From: a bacterium | GTDB taxonomy: Bacteria; SAR324; XYD2-FULL-50-16; G965216635 | Assembly (NCBI GenBank): GCA_965216635.1 | Contig: OZ244188.1 | Span: forward strand, 1 to 64,000 | Reading direction: 5' to 3' | Length of the DNA: 64,000 nucleotides | Part shown: piece by piece, positions 9,701-20,690 of the stretch | How the letters are laid out: each line of letters starts with the position of its first letter | Position numbering within the stretch: the stretch's first letter is position 1 | The notes under the pieces: model-generated | Seen by the model: only the letters and a program-made list of their open reading frames with translations | Told to the model about the DNA's origin: nothing | The model's database searches: none | Program-made: the position numbers and the translations under genes

Positions 9701-9865
9701 AAATTTTTTTATTTGCCCAGATACAGATATTTTTTGCATTTCAATTCTATTTTAGATATTTTCATTAAAGAATAATTGAGTGTACTTGTCAAGTCTTAAA
9801 ACTAGATAACATTTTAGATAGATTCTCCTCCCATCAACAAACCCATTTTTTTGTTGCTGATTTTT
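9701..9865. repeat. 165-bp direct repeat, copy 2
   Basis: Includes the 3' end of the ABC ATPase gene and a dead copy of the SDH gene start. Confidence 0.95.
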
Positions 9866-11316
9866 TTGGTTTGGTAAGCAGGAGACAATTTTCCCTCGTA
9901 CATCACAGCGACTCTATCGCTAATCGCATAAATTTCGTTTAGGTCTTGTGAAATAAGCAAAATCGTTGTTCCTTGTTCTGCTAAATGAATGAGTGTTTGG
10001 TGAATAAAATTTTCTGCACCTGCATCTACACCCCAAGTAGGGTCTACTACTATAAGCAATTTAGGAGCTGTTCTGATTTCTCTGCCAATAATAAATTTTT
10101 GTAAATTTCCACCAGATAGATTTTTTGCTGTGGTTTCCTTTGAAGGAGCGACAACATTGAAGTTTTGAATAATGGCTTCGGTTTCCTTACCTACCCTAGA
10201 ATAACAGATAAGCTGGTTTTTTAAATAATCTTTAAAAGATAGATAACCTGTCAAAAAAGTATTTTTCACCAAACTCATTTCAGGCACTGCGCTCGTTCCC
10301 AATCTTTCTTCGGAGACGAATGCCATTTGTTTTTTTCTTCTTTGCTTGACAGAAAGCTTGCCAAAAGGTTCTCCTTCTAGGCAAATTTGTCCTGCACATC
10401 CGCAAAGTTGCAAACCACTCAAAGCCTTTTGTAAAGTTTGTTGACCGTTGCCCGATACTCCGCCGATAGCAAAAATTTCTCCTTTATTCACAGCAAAAGA
10501 AATATTTTGAATGCTTAAGTTTTCATCTTTACTTTTCAGGCTTAAATCTTTCACCTCAAAAAATATTTCTGTTTTTACTTTTTTTTTTCTTTTTTCCAGA
10601 CTCTTTATTTTTTTTCCTACCATCATTTCCGCCAAGCTACTTTTTGTTTGTTTCTTGGGATCGCAATGGCTAATAACTTCTCCCTGTCTTAAAATTGTAG
10701 CACGGTCGCAAAGTTCCATAATCTCTTCTAGTTTGTGGCTGATATACAAAATACTGCAACCTTCATCGCGTAGTTTTTTTAAAAAGCTAAAAAGAGAGCT
10801 AATTTCCAAAGGATTGAGTACAGAAGTAGGTTCGTCCATAATGAGCAGTTTTGGATTTTGCATAAGGGAGCGCACAATTTCTATCCTTTGTTTTTCGCTG
10901 ACCGATAAATCCAAAACTCTTTTATTAGGTTCCAGAGGTAAACCGTATTTATGGGATACTTCCAAAATAATTTTTTCTAGTTGTTTTGTAGGTTTTTGAG
11001 CTTTCATACTGATAGCTATGTTTTGCGTCACGGTAAAAGAATCTAGCAGTGAAAAATGCTGAAAAATCATATGGATACCCAGCTTTTTTGCTTTATCGGG
11101 GTGGTTGTTTTTTATCTGTTTTCCGTTCCAATAAATTTCTCCTTCGTCGGGGGTATTTATGCCGTAAATCATTTTGACTAGAGTGCTTTTACCAGCTCCA
11201 TTTTCTCCAAGCAAGGCTTGGATTTCCCCTGTTTTTATTTGAAGATTAATATTTTTATTTGCCCGCACATCACCAAAACTCTTGCTGATGTTTTTTAGTT
11301 CTAGTTGGTATTCCAT
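9814..11316 (-). CDS. Nucleoside/sugar (CUT2) ABC transporter ATP-binding protein, two ABC domains
   Basis: GENGAGKST, DEPT, LSGGNLQK, ISQDLNE. Confidence 0.92.
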   Translation of the reverse strand: MEYQLELKNISKSFGDVRANKNINLQIKTGEIQALLGENGAGKSTLVKMIYGINTPDEGEIYWNGKQIKNNHPDKAKKLGIHMIFQHFSLLDSFTVTQNIAISMKAQKPTKQLEKIILEVSHKYGLPLEPNKRVLDLSVSEKQRIEIVRSLMQNPKLLIMDEPTSVLNPLEISSLFSFLKKLRDEGCSILYISHKLEEIMELCDRATILRQGEVISHCDPKKQTKSSLAEMMVGKKIKSLEKRKKKVKTEIFFEVKDLSLKSKDENLSIQNISFAVNKGEIFAIGGVSGNGQQTLQKALSGLQLCGCAGQICLEGEPFGKLSVKQRRKKQMAFVSEERLGTSAVPEMSLVKNTFLTGYLSFKDYLKNQLICYSRVGKETEAIIQNFNVVAPSKETTAKNLSGGNLQKFIIGREIRTAPKLLIVVDPTWGVDAGAENFIHQTLIHLAEQGTTILLISQDLNEIYAISDRVAVMYEGKLSPAYQTKKISNKKMGLLMGGESI

Positions 11317-11379
11317 TGTTTAGTTGTAAATTAAGAAAATATTACAGGTTAGTGTCTAAAAAAAAAGAAATGTTTTATC

Positions 11380-12342
11380 CTAAAATTTTGCAAACAGCAC
11401 TATCAAATTTTTTATCATACTCCTTTTTTTGCTTTTCTGTATGCCTTTTCTAAATCCTGTAGATTTGGTATCTCCTTTAACTTTTTGTATTCTTTCATTC
11501 GCTGTTTGACAATAAAACTTATCTATTTCATAGCCTATAAAACTACAATTCTCAAGAACACAAGCTTCGCCAGTAGAGCCACATCCTGCAAAAGTATCTA
11601 AAACTAAAGGGTTATTCCCTCCAAATATCCTCAAAAGATGTCTGATTAAAGCTACAGGTTTTGCGGTAAGATGTCCGTATTTTTCATAGTTATCTAAAGC
11701 AGGAATAAGGGTGCTAGGGAAACGGTCTGGTTGAATAAGAGGATTGGAAGTATCAATCAAACCTACGCCCCATTTTAACCAGTTATCAATATAGGTTGCC
11801 TCTCTTTTTGTTTGTCCTAATATAATTGTTTCTATTTCAGGCATCAGCTGAGGGGTTTTTCTACCACCTAATTTTTCTATAATTGCTTTCTTTTCTTGTT
11901 CGCTTAAATCTTTTCTTTTCTTTATAAAGTGGTCTTGGCTAAATGCTTTAGGTTGTCCTCTTTTTTTCCATACTAATAAATCTCTTATTTCAATCCCTGC
12001 TTCTTCCATAGCACTAGCACCTGCATGCGATAAACGAGGTTGCATAAAACAAATAATAAAAGCCCCTGGCTTTGTTACCCTAACCCATTCTTTAGCAATA
12101 GGTTTTAAGAATTGCTTTAAATTTTTGCTTTGATTTATATCAAACTTCATTCCCGATGGCATACTATTTATAAGGTGAGACTTGTCTATTTTACTCCTTA
12201 ATTTTGTATCATTCCAATTATCATTCATCCCGTCAATAAAATAAGGAGGATCAGTTATAACTACAGAAATGCTATTGTCAGCTATATTTTTAATTCCTTT
12301 GCGACAATCTAAATGTTCTACAGAATGAGATTGAGTATGCAT
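11380..12342 (-). CDS. Orphan amino (N6-A/N4-C) DNA methyltransferase, beta class
   Basis: TDPPY catalytic motif N-terminal to H-x-T-x-KP and VLDTFAGCGST; GYEID. Confidence 0.88.
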   Translation of the reverse strand: MHTQSHSVEHLDCRKGIKNIADNSISVVITDPPYFIDGMNDNWNDTKLRSKIDKSHLINSMPSGMKFDINQSKNLKQFLKPIAKEWVRVTKPGAFIICFMQPRLSHAGASAMEEAGIEIRDLLVWKKRGQPKAFSQDHFIKKRKDLSEQEKKAIIEKLGGRKTPQLMPEIETIILGQTKREATYIDNWLKWGVGLIDTSNPLIQPDRFPSTLIPALDNYEKYGHLTAKPVALIRHLLRIFGGNNPLVLDTFAGCGSTGEACVLENCSFIGYEIDKFYCQTANERIQKVKGDTKSTGFRKGIQKSKKRSMIKNLIVLFAKF

Positions 12343-12368
12343 TATAATTAATTTTCTATAAGTAATTA

Positions 12369-12414
12369 AGACTGTTGAATTAGGCTAAACTAGACAAGCA
12401 AATTCAAAAGTCTA
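12369..12414. mobile_element. Minimal family A MITE-like element
   Basis: AGACTGTTGAATT...AATTCAAAAGTCT inverted ends. Confidence 0.7.
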
Positions 12415-12424
12415 TTCTATTTTA

Positions 12425-12910
12425 TCAGTAGCTTATTTTGTTCGTTTTGGTTTTCCATTCTCGCATAGCTTCTTTCGCCAATGGAATTTTTGCATAGATA
12501 AGAGGAATTTTTCTCAAAGCTGGGTTTTTACTTATTTCGTCATAAATTACTCTGTCGTCAAAACCTATCTCGTGGGCGTCTTCACGGTTTCCACAACAAT
12601 AAATTCGTTCAATTCTTGCCCAGTAGATACTCGCTAAACACATAGGGCAAGGCTCACAATTTACATAAATATAGGCTCCCTTTAAAGAAAAATTTTGTAT
12701 ATTTTGGCAGGCATTTCGGATGGCTGTCACTTCTGCGTGAGCTGTCGGATCATTAGTAGAAGGCACTTTATTCCAACCCTCGCCTATAATTTTTTCATTT
12801 CGCACAACAACCGCTCCAAAGGGACCTCCAGCTCCTTGCCTCATCCCTTGACGAGAAAGTTCTACTGCCCGCTCTAAATAGGTTCTATCTTTTTTTGTTA
12901 TTTCTATCAT
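12425..12910 (-). CDS. guaD: Guanine/nucleoside deaminase (CDA superfamily)
   Basis: GGPFGAVVV, DPTAHAEV, CEPCPMC. Confidence 0.85.
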   Translation of the reverse strand: MIEITKKDRTYLERAVELSRQGMRQGAGGPFGAVVVRNEKIIGEGWNKVPSTNDPTAHAEVTAIRNACQNIQNFSLKGAYIYVNCEPCPMCLASIYWARIERIYCCGNREDAHEIGFDDRVIYDEISKNPALRKIPLIYAKIPLAKEAMREWKTKTNKISY

Positions 12911-14280
12911 TTTTCTAATTCTTTTAGTAAAGAAGCCAAATCAAAATCAGCTGCTGCTCCAATATAGTTTAGGGGAGTTAAACTTAAAAGTCTCTGCACT
13001 TCTTCGTGAGGCAGATCAAAACCCTTCACCCATCTGTGATAACTTTCTGCATCTACTTTTAGTCCTTGGCTTACATCTTTAATTTTTTCATAAGCATTTT
13101 CTACAGAATATTTTCGTAGTATAGTTTGCAAAGGCTCTGCCAAAATTTCCCAGTGCATCTCTAGATCTGCGTCTAGTTTTGCTGAGTTGATTTTGAGTTT
13201 TTTGATGCCTTTTTGTAAAGAGTTTAATGCTAAAAAGTGATGCCCCAGAGCTACACCTATATTTCGCAAAACAGTGCTATCCGATAAATCTCTTTGTAAC
13301 CTAGAAATAGGAAGTTTGCGAATAAAAAATTCTAGCATACCACAAGAGAGTTCAAGGTTGCCTTCTGCATTTTCAAAATCAATAGGATTTATTTTATGAG
13401 GCATCACAGAGCTACCTGTTTGATTTTTTTCTTTAGCGACTAGAAAATAATCTAAACTAATATAGCTCCAAATGTCCCTGCATAAACCGATGAGGATAGA
13501 ATTGATATGAGCAATAGATTGAAAAAATTCTACCAAAAAATCGTGAGGTTCAATTTGTGTGGTAGCCGGGTTTTGCTCTAAACCTAAATTTTCAATAAAT
13601 TTTTTACTTAAACCTTGCCAGTCTGCTTGAGGAAAAGCTATTTTAAAGCTGTGGAAATTTCCAGTGGCTCCGTTGAGTTTTGCAATGAAGATTTGTTTTT
13701 TGAGTTTAGAAAATTTTCTAACAAGACGATAGGCAAAATTATAAATTTCTTTTCCCATAGTAGTAGGGCTAGCGGGTTGTCCGTGAGTACGAGCAAGCAT
13801 GGCATTTTTTCGCCATTTTTCCGCTGCTTCTATTAACTGAGATAGTAAATAAGAAAAACAGGGTTGTAAAATTTGCTGCCAACTTTCTTTCACCATCAAA
13901 GCGTAGGCGAGATTATTTACATCATCAGAAGTCAGCGCAAAATGAACAAGTTCTTTTTGGACAGTAAAAGGAATATTTTGCATTTTTTCCATAATATAAT
14001 ATTCTATAGCTTTAATATCGTGGATAGTATCTTTTTCTATTTCTTTAAAACGGATGAATTCTTTTTCGTCAAAATTGCTAATTATACTTTCCAAGTTTTT
14101 CCAGTCTGCTTCGCTGATTTTTTCTTTTCCTTCTTGGAAAAAGTTTTGTATTACAAATTGAAACCATAGAATCTCTACGCGAATACGATACTTACAAAAG
14201 GCAAATTCAGAAAAATAATCTCCGAGTTCTTGACTCTGTTTGAGGTAGCGATTGTCTAAAGGGGAAATAGTTTTTAGCAT
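12907..14280 (-). CDS. purB: Adenylosuccinate lyase
   Basis: ARTHGQPASPTTMGKE, GSSVMPHKINPIDFENAEGN, SRLQRDLSDS. Confidence 0.95.
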   Translation of the reverse strand: MLKTISPLDNRYLKQSQELGDYFSEFAFCKYRIRVEILWFQFVIQNFFQEGKEKISEADWKNLESIISNFDEKEFIRFKEIEKDTIHDIKAIEYYIMEKMQNIPFTVQKELVHFALTSDDVNNLAYALMVKESWQQILQPCFSYLLSQLIEAAEKWRKNAMLARTHGQPASPTTMGKEIYNFAYRLVRKFSKLKKQIFIAKLNGATGNFHSFKIAFPQADWQGLSKKFIENLGLEQNPATTQIEPHDFLVEFFQSIAHINSILIGLCRDIWSYISLDYFLVAKEKNQTGSSVMPHKINPIDFENAEGNLELSCGMLEFFIRKLPISRLQRDLSDSTVLRNIGVALGHHFLALNSLQKGIKKLKINSAKLDADLEMHWEILAEPLQTILRKYSVENAYEKIKDVSQGLKVDAESYHRWVKGFDLPHEEVQRLLSLTPLNYIGAAADFDLASLLKELEK

Positions 14281-14345
14281 AAAAAATTTGTTTAGATATT
14301 CTTTATATTATAGTAAGGTAATGTTATTTAGTCAAAACATAAAAA

Positions 14346-15758
14346 ATGAAAACAATCAAACTCAAAACAAAAGTCAGAGAAATTTTTGCTGATTGTATCA
14401 CTCCCGTCGCTCTTTACCTAAAACTAAGAGATAAATATCCGAATGCTTTGCTATTAGAAAGCTCCGATTATCACGGTAATAAACATAGTTATTCTTATAT
14501 TTGTTGCCATCCGATTGCAAAATTTGAAGTATCCTCGGGCAAAATTTTTATTCAATATCCCAATCAAAAACAGGAAATATATCCTATTCAAAAAAAAGAA
14601 CAAGTTGTGTCTGCTTTGAATAGTTTTAGACAAAGTTTTCAAACCGAAGAACTAAATCATCCGACAGAATGCAGTCCAGCGGCACTTTTTGGATTTACTA
14701 GTTACGACGCGGTCCAGTATTTTGAAGATATAGAAATAGAGCAAACCCAAAAATATACTCCAGAAATACTTTATCAGGTTTTCGGTATTGTGATTTGTAT
14801 AGATCACTTTAGAGACAAACTCTTTGTTTTTGAACAACAAGCAGCAGGAGAAAAAAATTCTATTTTAGATTTTATAGTTGCTACTCTCCAAAACCAGTCT
14901 TTTGTGAACTTCCCCTTTTTTTCTTTGGGAAAAGAAATGTCTAACTACAAAGATGCGGAATTTTTGCAAATCATAGATAAAGGCATAGAGCATTGCCATA
15001 GAGGAGATGTATTTCAAATTGTGCTTTCTCGTAGGTTTTGGCAGGATTTCAGAGGAGATGAATTTAATGTTTATCGGACACTTCGCTCCATCAATCCTTC
15101 TCCTTATCTTTTTTACTTTGATTATGGAAGTTATAAAATTTTTGGTTCGTCGCCTGAAGCTCAAATTGTAATTGAAAAAAACAAGGCAACGATTTATCCC
15201 ATAGCAGGCACTTTCAAAAGAACAGGAGACGATAAAAAAGATTCCGAGCTCGCTAAAAAATTATTTGATGACCCCAAAGAAACAGCCGAACACTGTATGT
15301 TGGTAGATTTAGCTCGCAATGATCTCAGTAGGCAAGGAACAGAAGTCAGAGTGGAAAATTTTAAGGAAATTCAATACTACTCGCATGTAATTCATATGGT
15401 CTCCAAAGTCGTCGCTAATATAAAAAATATCAACCCGTTACAACTTTTTGCCGACACCTTTCCAGCTGGCACACTATCAGGAGCACCCAAACATAGAGCG
15501 ATGCAGCTAATTCAAAAATACGAAAGCGCAAATAGAGGTTTTTACGCTGGAGCCATCGGTTATATTAGATTCAACGGAGATATAAACCACGCTATTATGA
15601 TAAGAACCATTCTTAGCCAAAAAAATAGACTTTACTACCAAGCTGGAGGAGGCATAGTAAGTAAATCAAACCCCCAAAACGAACTGCAAGAAGCCAACAA
15701 TAAACGGGCTGCTTTAAAATCTGCCATAGAAATAGCTCACTCCCACTTTTCAGAATAA
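14346..15758 (+). CDS. trpE: Anthranilate synthase component I
   Basis: LLES, GDVFQIVLS, NPSPY, PIAGT, EHCMLVDLARND, FPAGTLSGAPK. Confidence 0.92.
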   Translation: MKTIKLKTKVREIFADCITPVALYLKLRDKYPNALLLESSDYHGNKHSYSYICCHPIAKFEVSSGKIFIQYPNQKQEIYPIQKKEQVVSALNSFRQSFQTEELNHPTECSPAALFGFTSYDAVQYFEDIEIEQTQKYTPEILYQVFGIVICIDHFRDKLFVFEQQAAGEKNSILDFIVATLQNQSFVNFPFFSLGKEMSNYKDAEFLQIIDKGIEHCHRGDVFQIVLSRRFWQDFRGDEFNVYRTLRSINPSPYLFYFDYGSYKIFGSSPEAQIVIEKNKATIYPIAGTFKRTGDDKKDSELAKKLFDDPKETAEHCMLVDLARNDLSRQGTEVRVENFKEIQYYSHVIHMVSKVVANIKNINPLQLFADTFPAGTLSGAPKHRAMQLIQKYESANRGFYAGAIGYIRFNGDINHAIMIRTILSQKNRLYYQAGGGIVSKSNPQNELQEANNKRAALKSAIEIAHSHFSE

Positions 15759-15777
15759 TTTTTGCTATAAATAACCT

Positions 15778-18700
15778 ATGGAAATAAACCAAGACAATCT
15801 AAAAGAAAAATTAGCCGAAATAAAAGAAATAGCCGAAAGCAAAGCTCAACAAGGTTATTATTTTGAAAGACTTGTAAAAACCTGTTTAGAAAAAATACCT
15901 CCTTACAGCGACCGCTTTTCTAAAGTAGACTTATGGAAAGATTGCGAAGTCCACGACGGTCACGATATAGGCATAGACCTTGTAGCTAAAGAAAGAGATA
16001 CAGAAAAACTATGTGCTATTCAGTGCAAATTTTACGACCCTAAAACATCTCTCCAAAAACCCTCCATAGATTCTTTTTTATCCGCTTCTGGTAAAGATCA
16101 TTATAACGAAAGAATCATTGTTACTACAACGGATAACTGGAGTCCAAACGCAGAGCGGGTAATTGAAAATCAAAATATTCCCTGCAAACGTTTATCCTTC
16201 CGTGATTTTGTAACAGAGCCTATAGAATGGACAGACCTAGAAGACCCCGAAGGTTTTAAATCCATCAAAAGAAAAAAATTACGCCCACACCAAACAAACG
16301 CCTTAAATTCTGTTAAAGAAGGTTTTAAAAACCACGACAGAGGCAAAATGATAATGGCGTGCGGTACAGGAAAAACTTTTACCTCTCTAAAAATAGCCGA
16401 AGAAATAGTACCTGAAAATGGCGTAGTGCTTTTTTTAGTGCCGTCTATTTCTTTACTCTCCCAAACTATGCGTGAGTGGGCAAATCAAAAAACAATTCCC
16501 CAACGTTATTTTATAGTCTGCTCTGATGTTAAAACTGGTAGAAACGAAGAAGATATTTCACTTACCGACTTAGCTTTGCCCGCCACTACAGATGCAAAAG
16601 AACTCTATAAAAGCTTAACGCATTCTGTAAAAAGCTATGAAAGAATGACTGTTATTTTTTCTACCTATCAATCGCTAGATACTATGATTGAGGTGCAAAA
16701 AATGGGTTACCAAGAAATAGATTTAGTAATTTGCGACGAAGCCCACCGCACAACAGGAGTAGAGCAAGAGGGCGGTTCTATTTCCAGTTTCTCTAAAATT
16801 CACGACCAAAACCTAATCCAAGCAAAAAAACGGCTTTATATGACAGCCACTCCGCGTGTTTATGCCGAGAAAGCTCAGAAACAAGCAGAGCGAAAAAAAA
16901 GAGATTTTTTTTCTATGGACGATAAAAACCTTTATGGAGAAGAGTTTTACCGTCTTTCTTTTGAAGAAGCGATTAAAAAAGATTTACTTTCCGATTATAA
17001 GGTGATGATTTTATGCGTTTCAGAAAAATATATTTCCAAAGAAATGCAAGACCTACTCGCTGAAGATGGAGTTTTAAGAGTAGGAGATATAGCTGGAATT
17101 ATCGGTTGCTACAACGGACTTTTATTGAAAGAATCCCAACCAGAAACCAAGCTACCAAAAATAATCAAAGAAACCTCCCATCAGTATTCTTCTCCTTTAA
17201 AACGAGCCGTAGCCTTTACTTCTTCTATTCAATATTCCAAAGACATCACTAACAAATTCGGAAAAGTGATTGGAGAAATAAAAACACAAAACGGAGATAA
17301 ACACCTAAATTGTAAAATTCACCATATAGACGGCACAGATAATTCTTTAAGACGAAACCAAGAACTAGACTGGTTAAGAGAAAAAATACCAGAAAACGAA
17401 TGCCGTATTTTGAGTAACGCTCGCTGTCTTTCCGAGGGCGTAGATGTTCCTGCTTTGGACGCTGTAATTTTTTTTAATCCCAAAAAATCAGAAACAAGCA
17501 TAGTGCAATCAGTGGGCAGAGTAATGAGAAAAGCCAAAGGCAAAAAGCTAGGCTATATTATTTTACCGATTGTTGTAGCTTCTGCTGACTCTCCCGAAGC
17601 AGCTCTAAACCAACAAAAAAACTTCCAAGCTGTGTGGGATGTTTTGCAAGCAATCCGCTCTCACGACAACCGTTTTGATGTAATGATTAACCAACTAGAG
17701 CTAAACAATAACAAACCCAAAAACCTAGATATTATTGGTATCCCGCAAGAAAGACCGCAAGATGAACCTTTGGAATTGCCTTTTGGTATGAACCTCAACG
17801 AACTCAGAAAAGCTATTTACGGTAAGATAGTAGAAAAATGCGGCAACATGCGCTACTGGGAAGATTGGGCAAAAGACATAGCCGAAATAGCCCAAACCAA
17901 TAGTACTCGTATTCAAACCCTCTTAGAAAGTGCTAGCCCCGAATATCTCAAAAAATTCCAGCAATTCTTGGAAAGCCTGCAATACAACATCAACCCCAAT
18001 ATTACCCAAGAGCAAGCCATAGAAATGCTCGCTCAACAGATGATTACCCAACCTGTATTTGCGGCTCTTTTTGAAGACTATCCTTTTGCAAGCAAAAATC
18101 CCGTATCGCAGACGATGCAAGAAATGCTAGAACTTTTAGAAAAAGCTGGCTTAAAAAAAGAAACCGAAGAGCTAAACGAATTTTATAAAACTGTGCGAGA
18201 CAGAGCCAGCGGTATAGACAATATTGCAGGCAAACAAAAAATCATCGTAGAACTTTACGACAAATTTTTTCGAGGCGCCTTTCCTAAAATTTCAGAAAGT
18301 TTGGGAGTAGTTTTTACGCCCATAGAAATTGTAGATTTTATTTTGCATTCCGCAAACGATGCCCTACAAAAAGAATTTGGTAGAGCTATCAGCGACGAAG
18401 GAGTGCATATTTTAGACCCCTTTACTGGCACAGGTAGTTTCATTGTGCGACTTTTACAAAATGAAAATCTTATCCAACAAAAAGACTTAAAAAGAAAATT
18501 TCAAAACGAACTGCACTCCAACGAGATTATGCTACTCGCCTACTATATAGCCGCAGTAAATATAGAAAGTGCCTACCATTACCGCACAGGGGAAGAATAC
18601 CAACCTTTCCCTAATATCTTGCTTACCGATACTTTTCAACTCAACGAAATTAGAGGAAACATAAAAACTGGCGATGAAAATCCTTTTTTCAAAAATAGCC

Positions 18701-20600
18701 AAAGACTAGAAAAACAAAACAAAAAACCGATTCAAGTCATTGTTGGAAATCCACCTTATTCTGCAGGACAAAGGAGCGAAAACGACGCCAATAAAAATCT
18801 AAAATATCCCAAGCTAGACCAAAAAATTACCGAGACCTACGCAGCCCATTCCAAAGCTACTTTGAAAACCTATCTTTATGATTCTTATATCCGCTCTTTG
18901 CGTTGGGCTAGTGATCGTATTTCTGGAGATGGCATTGTAGCCTTTGTAACAAGTGCTTCTTTTTTAGACGGACAAGCTATGGATGGGCTGAGAAAATGCC
19001 TTGCCGATGATTTTAGTAGTATTTATTGTTTTGATTTACGAGGACACACTTGGAAAGGAGGTGAGGCAGGAAAAAAAGAAGGGGGTAATGTTTTTCCACA
19101 AGGAGGCTCTCCGATTGTAGTTACCCTATTTATCAAAAAAACAGAAAAACAAGCTACTTGCAAAATTCACTACTGCGACATAGGAGATTATCTCAACCGC
19201 ACACAAAAACTACAAAAAATAACAGACCTTAAAAGCTATAAAAATCTAGACTATTCTATTATCCAACCCAACCAACACCACGACTGGCTCAACCAAAGAA
19301 GCAAAGATTTTTTAAACTACTTCCCGCTAGGAGACCCTGCTAGAAAGAAAAAAACCGCATTAACAACCAAAAGCACCAGTATATTTGAATCCTATAGTCT
19401 TGGATTATCTACCAATAGAGATACTTGGGTTTATAATTTTGATAAACACGCCCTCGCTAAAAATATGCAAAAAACCATAGATTTTTATAACCAGCAGATT
19501 AAAGACTATAGCAACCAAAAAGAAAAAAAATCTGTATCAGAATTTATTGACAATGATCCTAAAAAAATTAGTTGGTCAAGCACCCTAAAAAATAATTTCG
19601 CAAGAAAAATAAAAGTAGATTTTCAAAGCAAAAAAATACGCACTGCTATCTACCGTCCATTTTGCAAACCTTTTTTATACTCTGATAAATATTTTAATGA
19701 AAGACCAGCGATTACTCAACGTTATTTTCCAAAACCAGAAACAGAAAACATTGCTATTTGTGTTAGTGGAATTGGAGCAAAAAAAGATTTTTCTGCTCTT
19801 ATTGTAGATTGTGTTCCTGATTTACAACTTCTTTTTAATGGGCAATGTTTTCCTTTTTATACTTACCAAAGCAAAGAAGCTAAACAGAAAACAAAAGAGC
19901 TTCCTACTACAGAAAAACAAAAAACACAAAAAATAGAAAATATATCCAGAGAAACCTTACAAAAATTTTGTCAGCACTACCAAGACGAAAAGATTACAAA
20001 ATGGGATGTTTTTTATTTTGTCTACGGCTTGCTCCACTCCCCAGAATACAAAAGCCGTTTTGCTTCCGACCTAAAAAAAACGCTCCCTCGTCTACCTTTT
20101 CTAGAAGAAAATACAAAAGATTTTTGGGGCTTTAGCCGCATAGGAAAACAACTAGCCGACCTGCACCTGAACTATGAAACCGTAGAGGAATTTCCACTAA
20201 CAGAAGAAAAAAGTAAAGAGCAAGCGAAAATTACTACAAAGTAGAAAAGATGCGCTTTTCTAAAACCAAGAACGCTAAAAAATCTGGAGTGCAAACCAAA
20301 GCTGGCAGAGAATCGCAGGACAGAAGCAAAATTATTTTCAACCCTTTTATTACTCTATCGGACATACCTGAAGAAGCTTACCAATACCAAGTCAATGGAA
20401 AATCTGCAATAGAATGGGTGATGGAACGTTACCAAATCAAAACCAACAAAGACAGCGGAATCCTAAACGACCCCAACCAATACAGCACCACTGCCGATGG
20501 AAAACCAGACCCGCAATATATCCTCAGTCTATTAAAAAAAGTCATCAACGTCAGCGTCCAAACCACCGCCCTCGTCCAAAAACTCCCCCCTATAGAATAA
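15778..20600 (+). pseudogene. Type ISP restriction-modification enzyme (Mrr-like nuclease, SF2 helicase, N6-MTase, TRD), split by a frameshift at about 20217-20241
   Basis: DIGIDLVA..AIQCKFY; MACGTGKT; DEAHRT; LDPFTGTGSF; GNPPY. ORF 15778..20244 continues in the -1 frame as ENYYKVEKMRF...NGKSAIEWVMERYQ (20250..20600). Confidence 0.88.
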
Positions 20601-20690
20601 AAAAAAATAATATATTTGTTTTTCTATTAAATTCAGCTTACTTTAATAAAGTTATTATAACATTTCTTAAAACCTAAATTCAATAAAATA

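Noticed and set aside
20203..20216. Phase variation or programmed slippage at the A6 run of the Type ISP gene
   Set aside because: Shifting there meets TAA at 20214 in the downstream frame.
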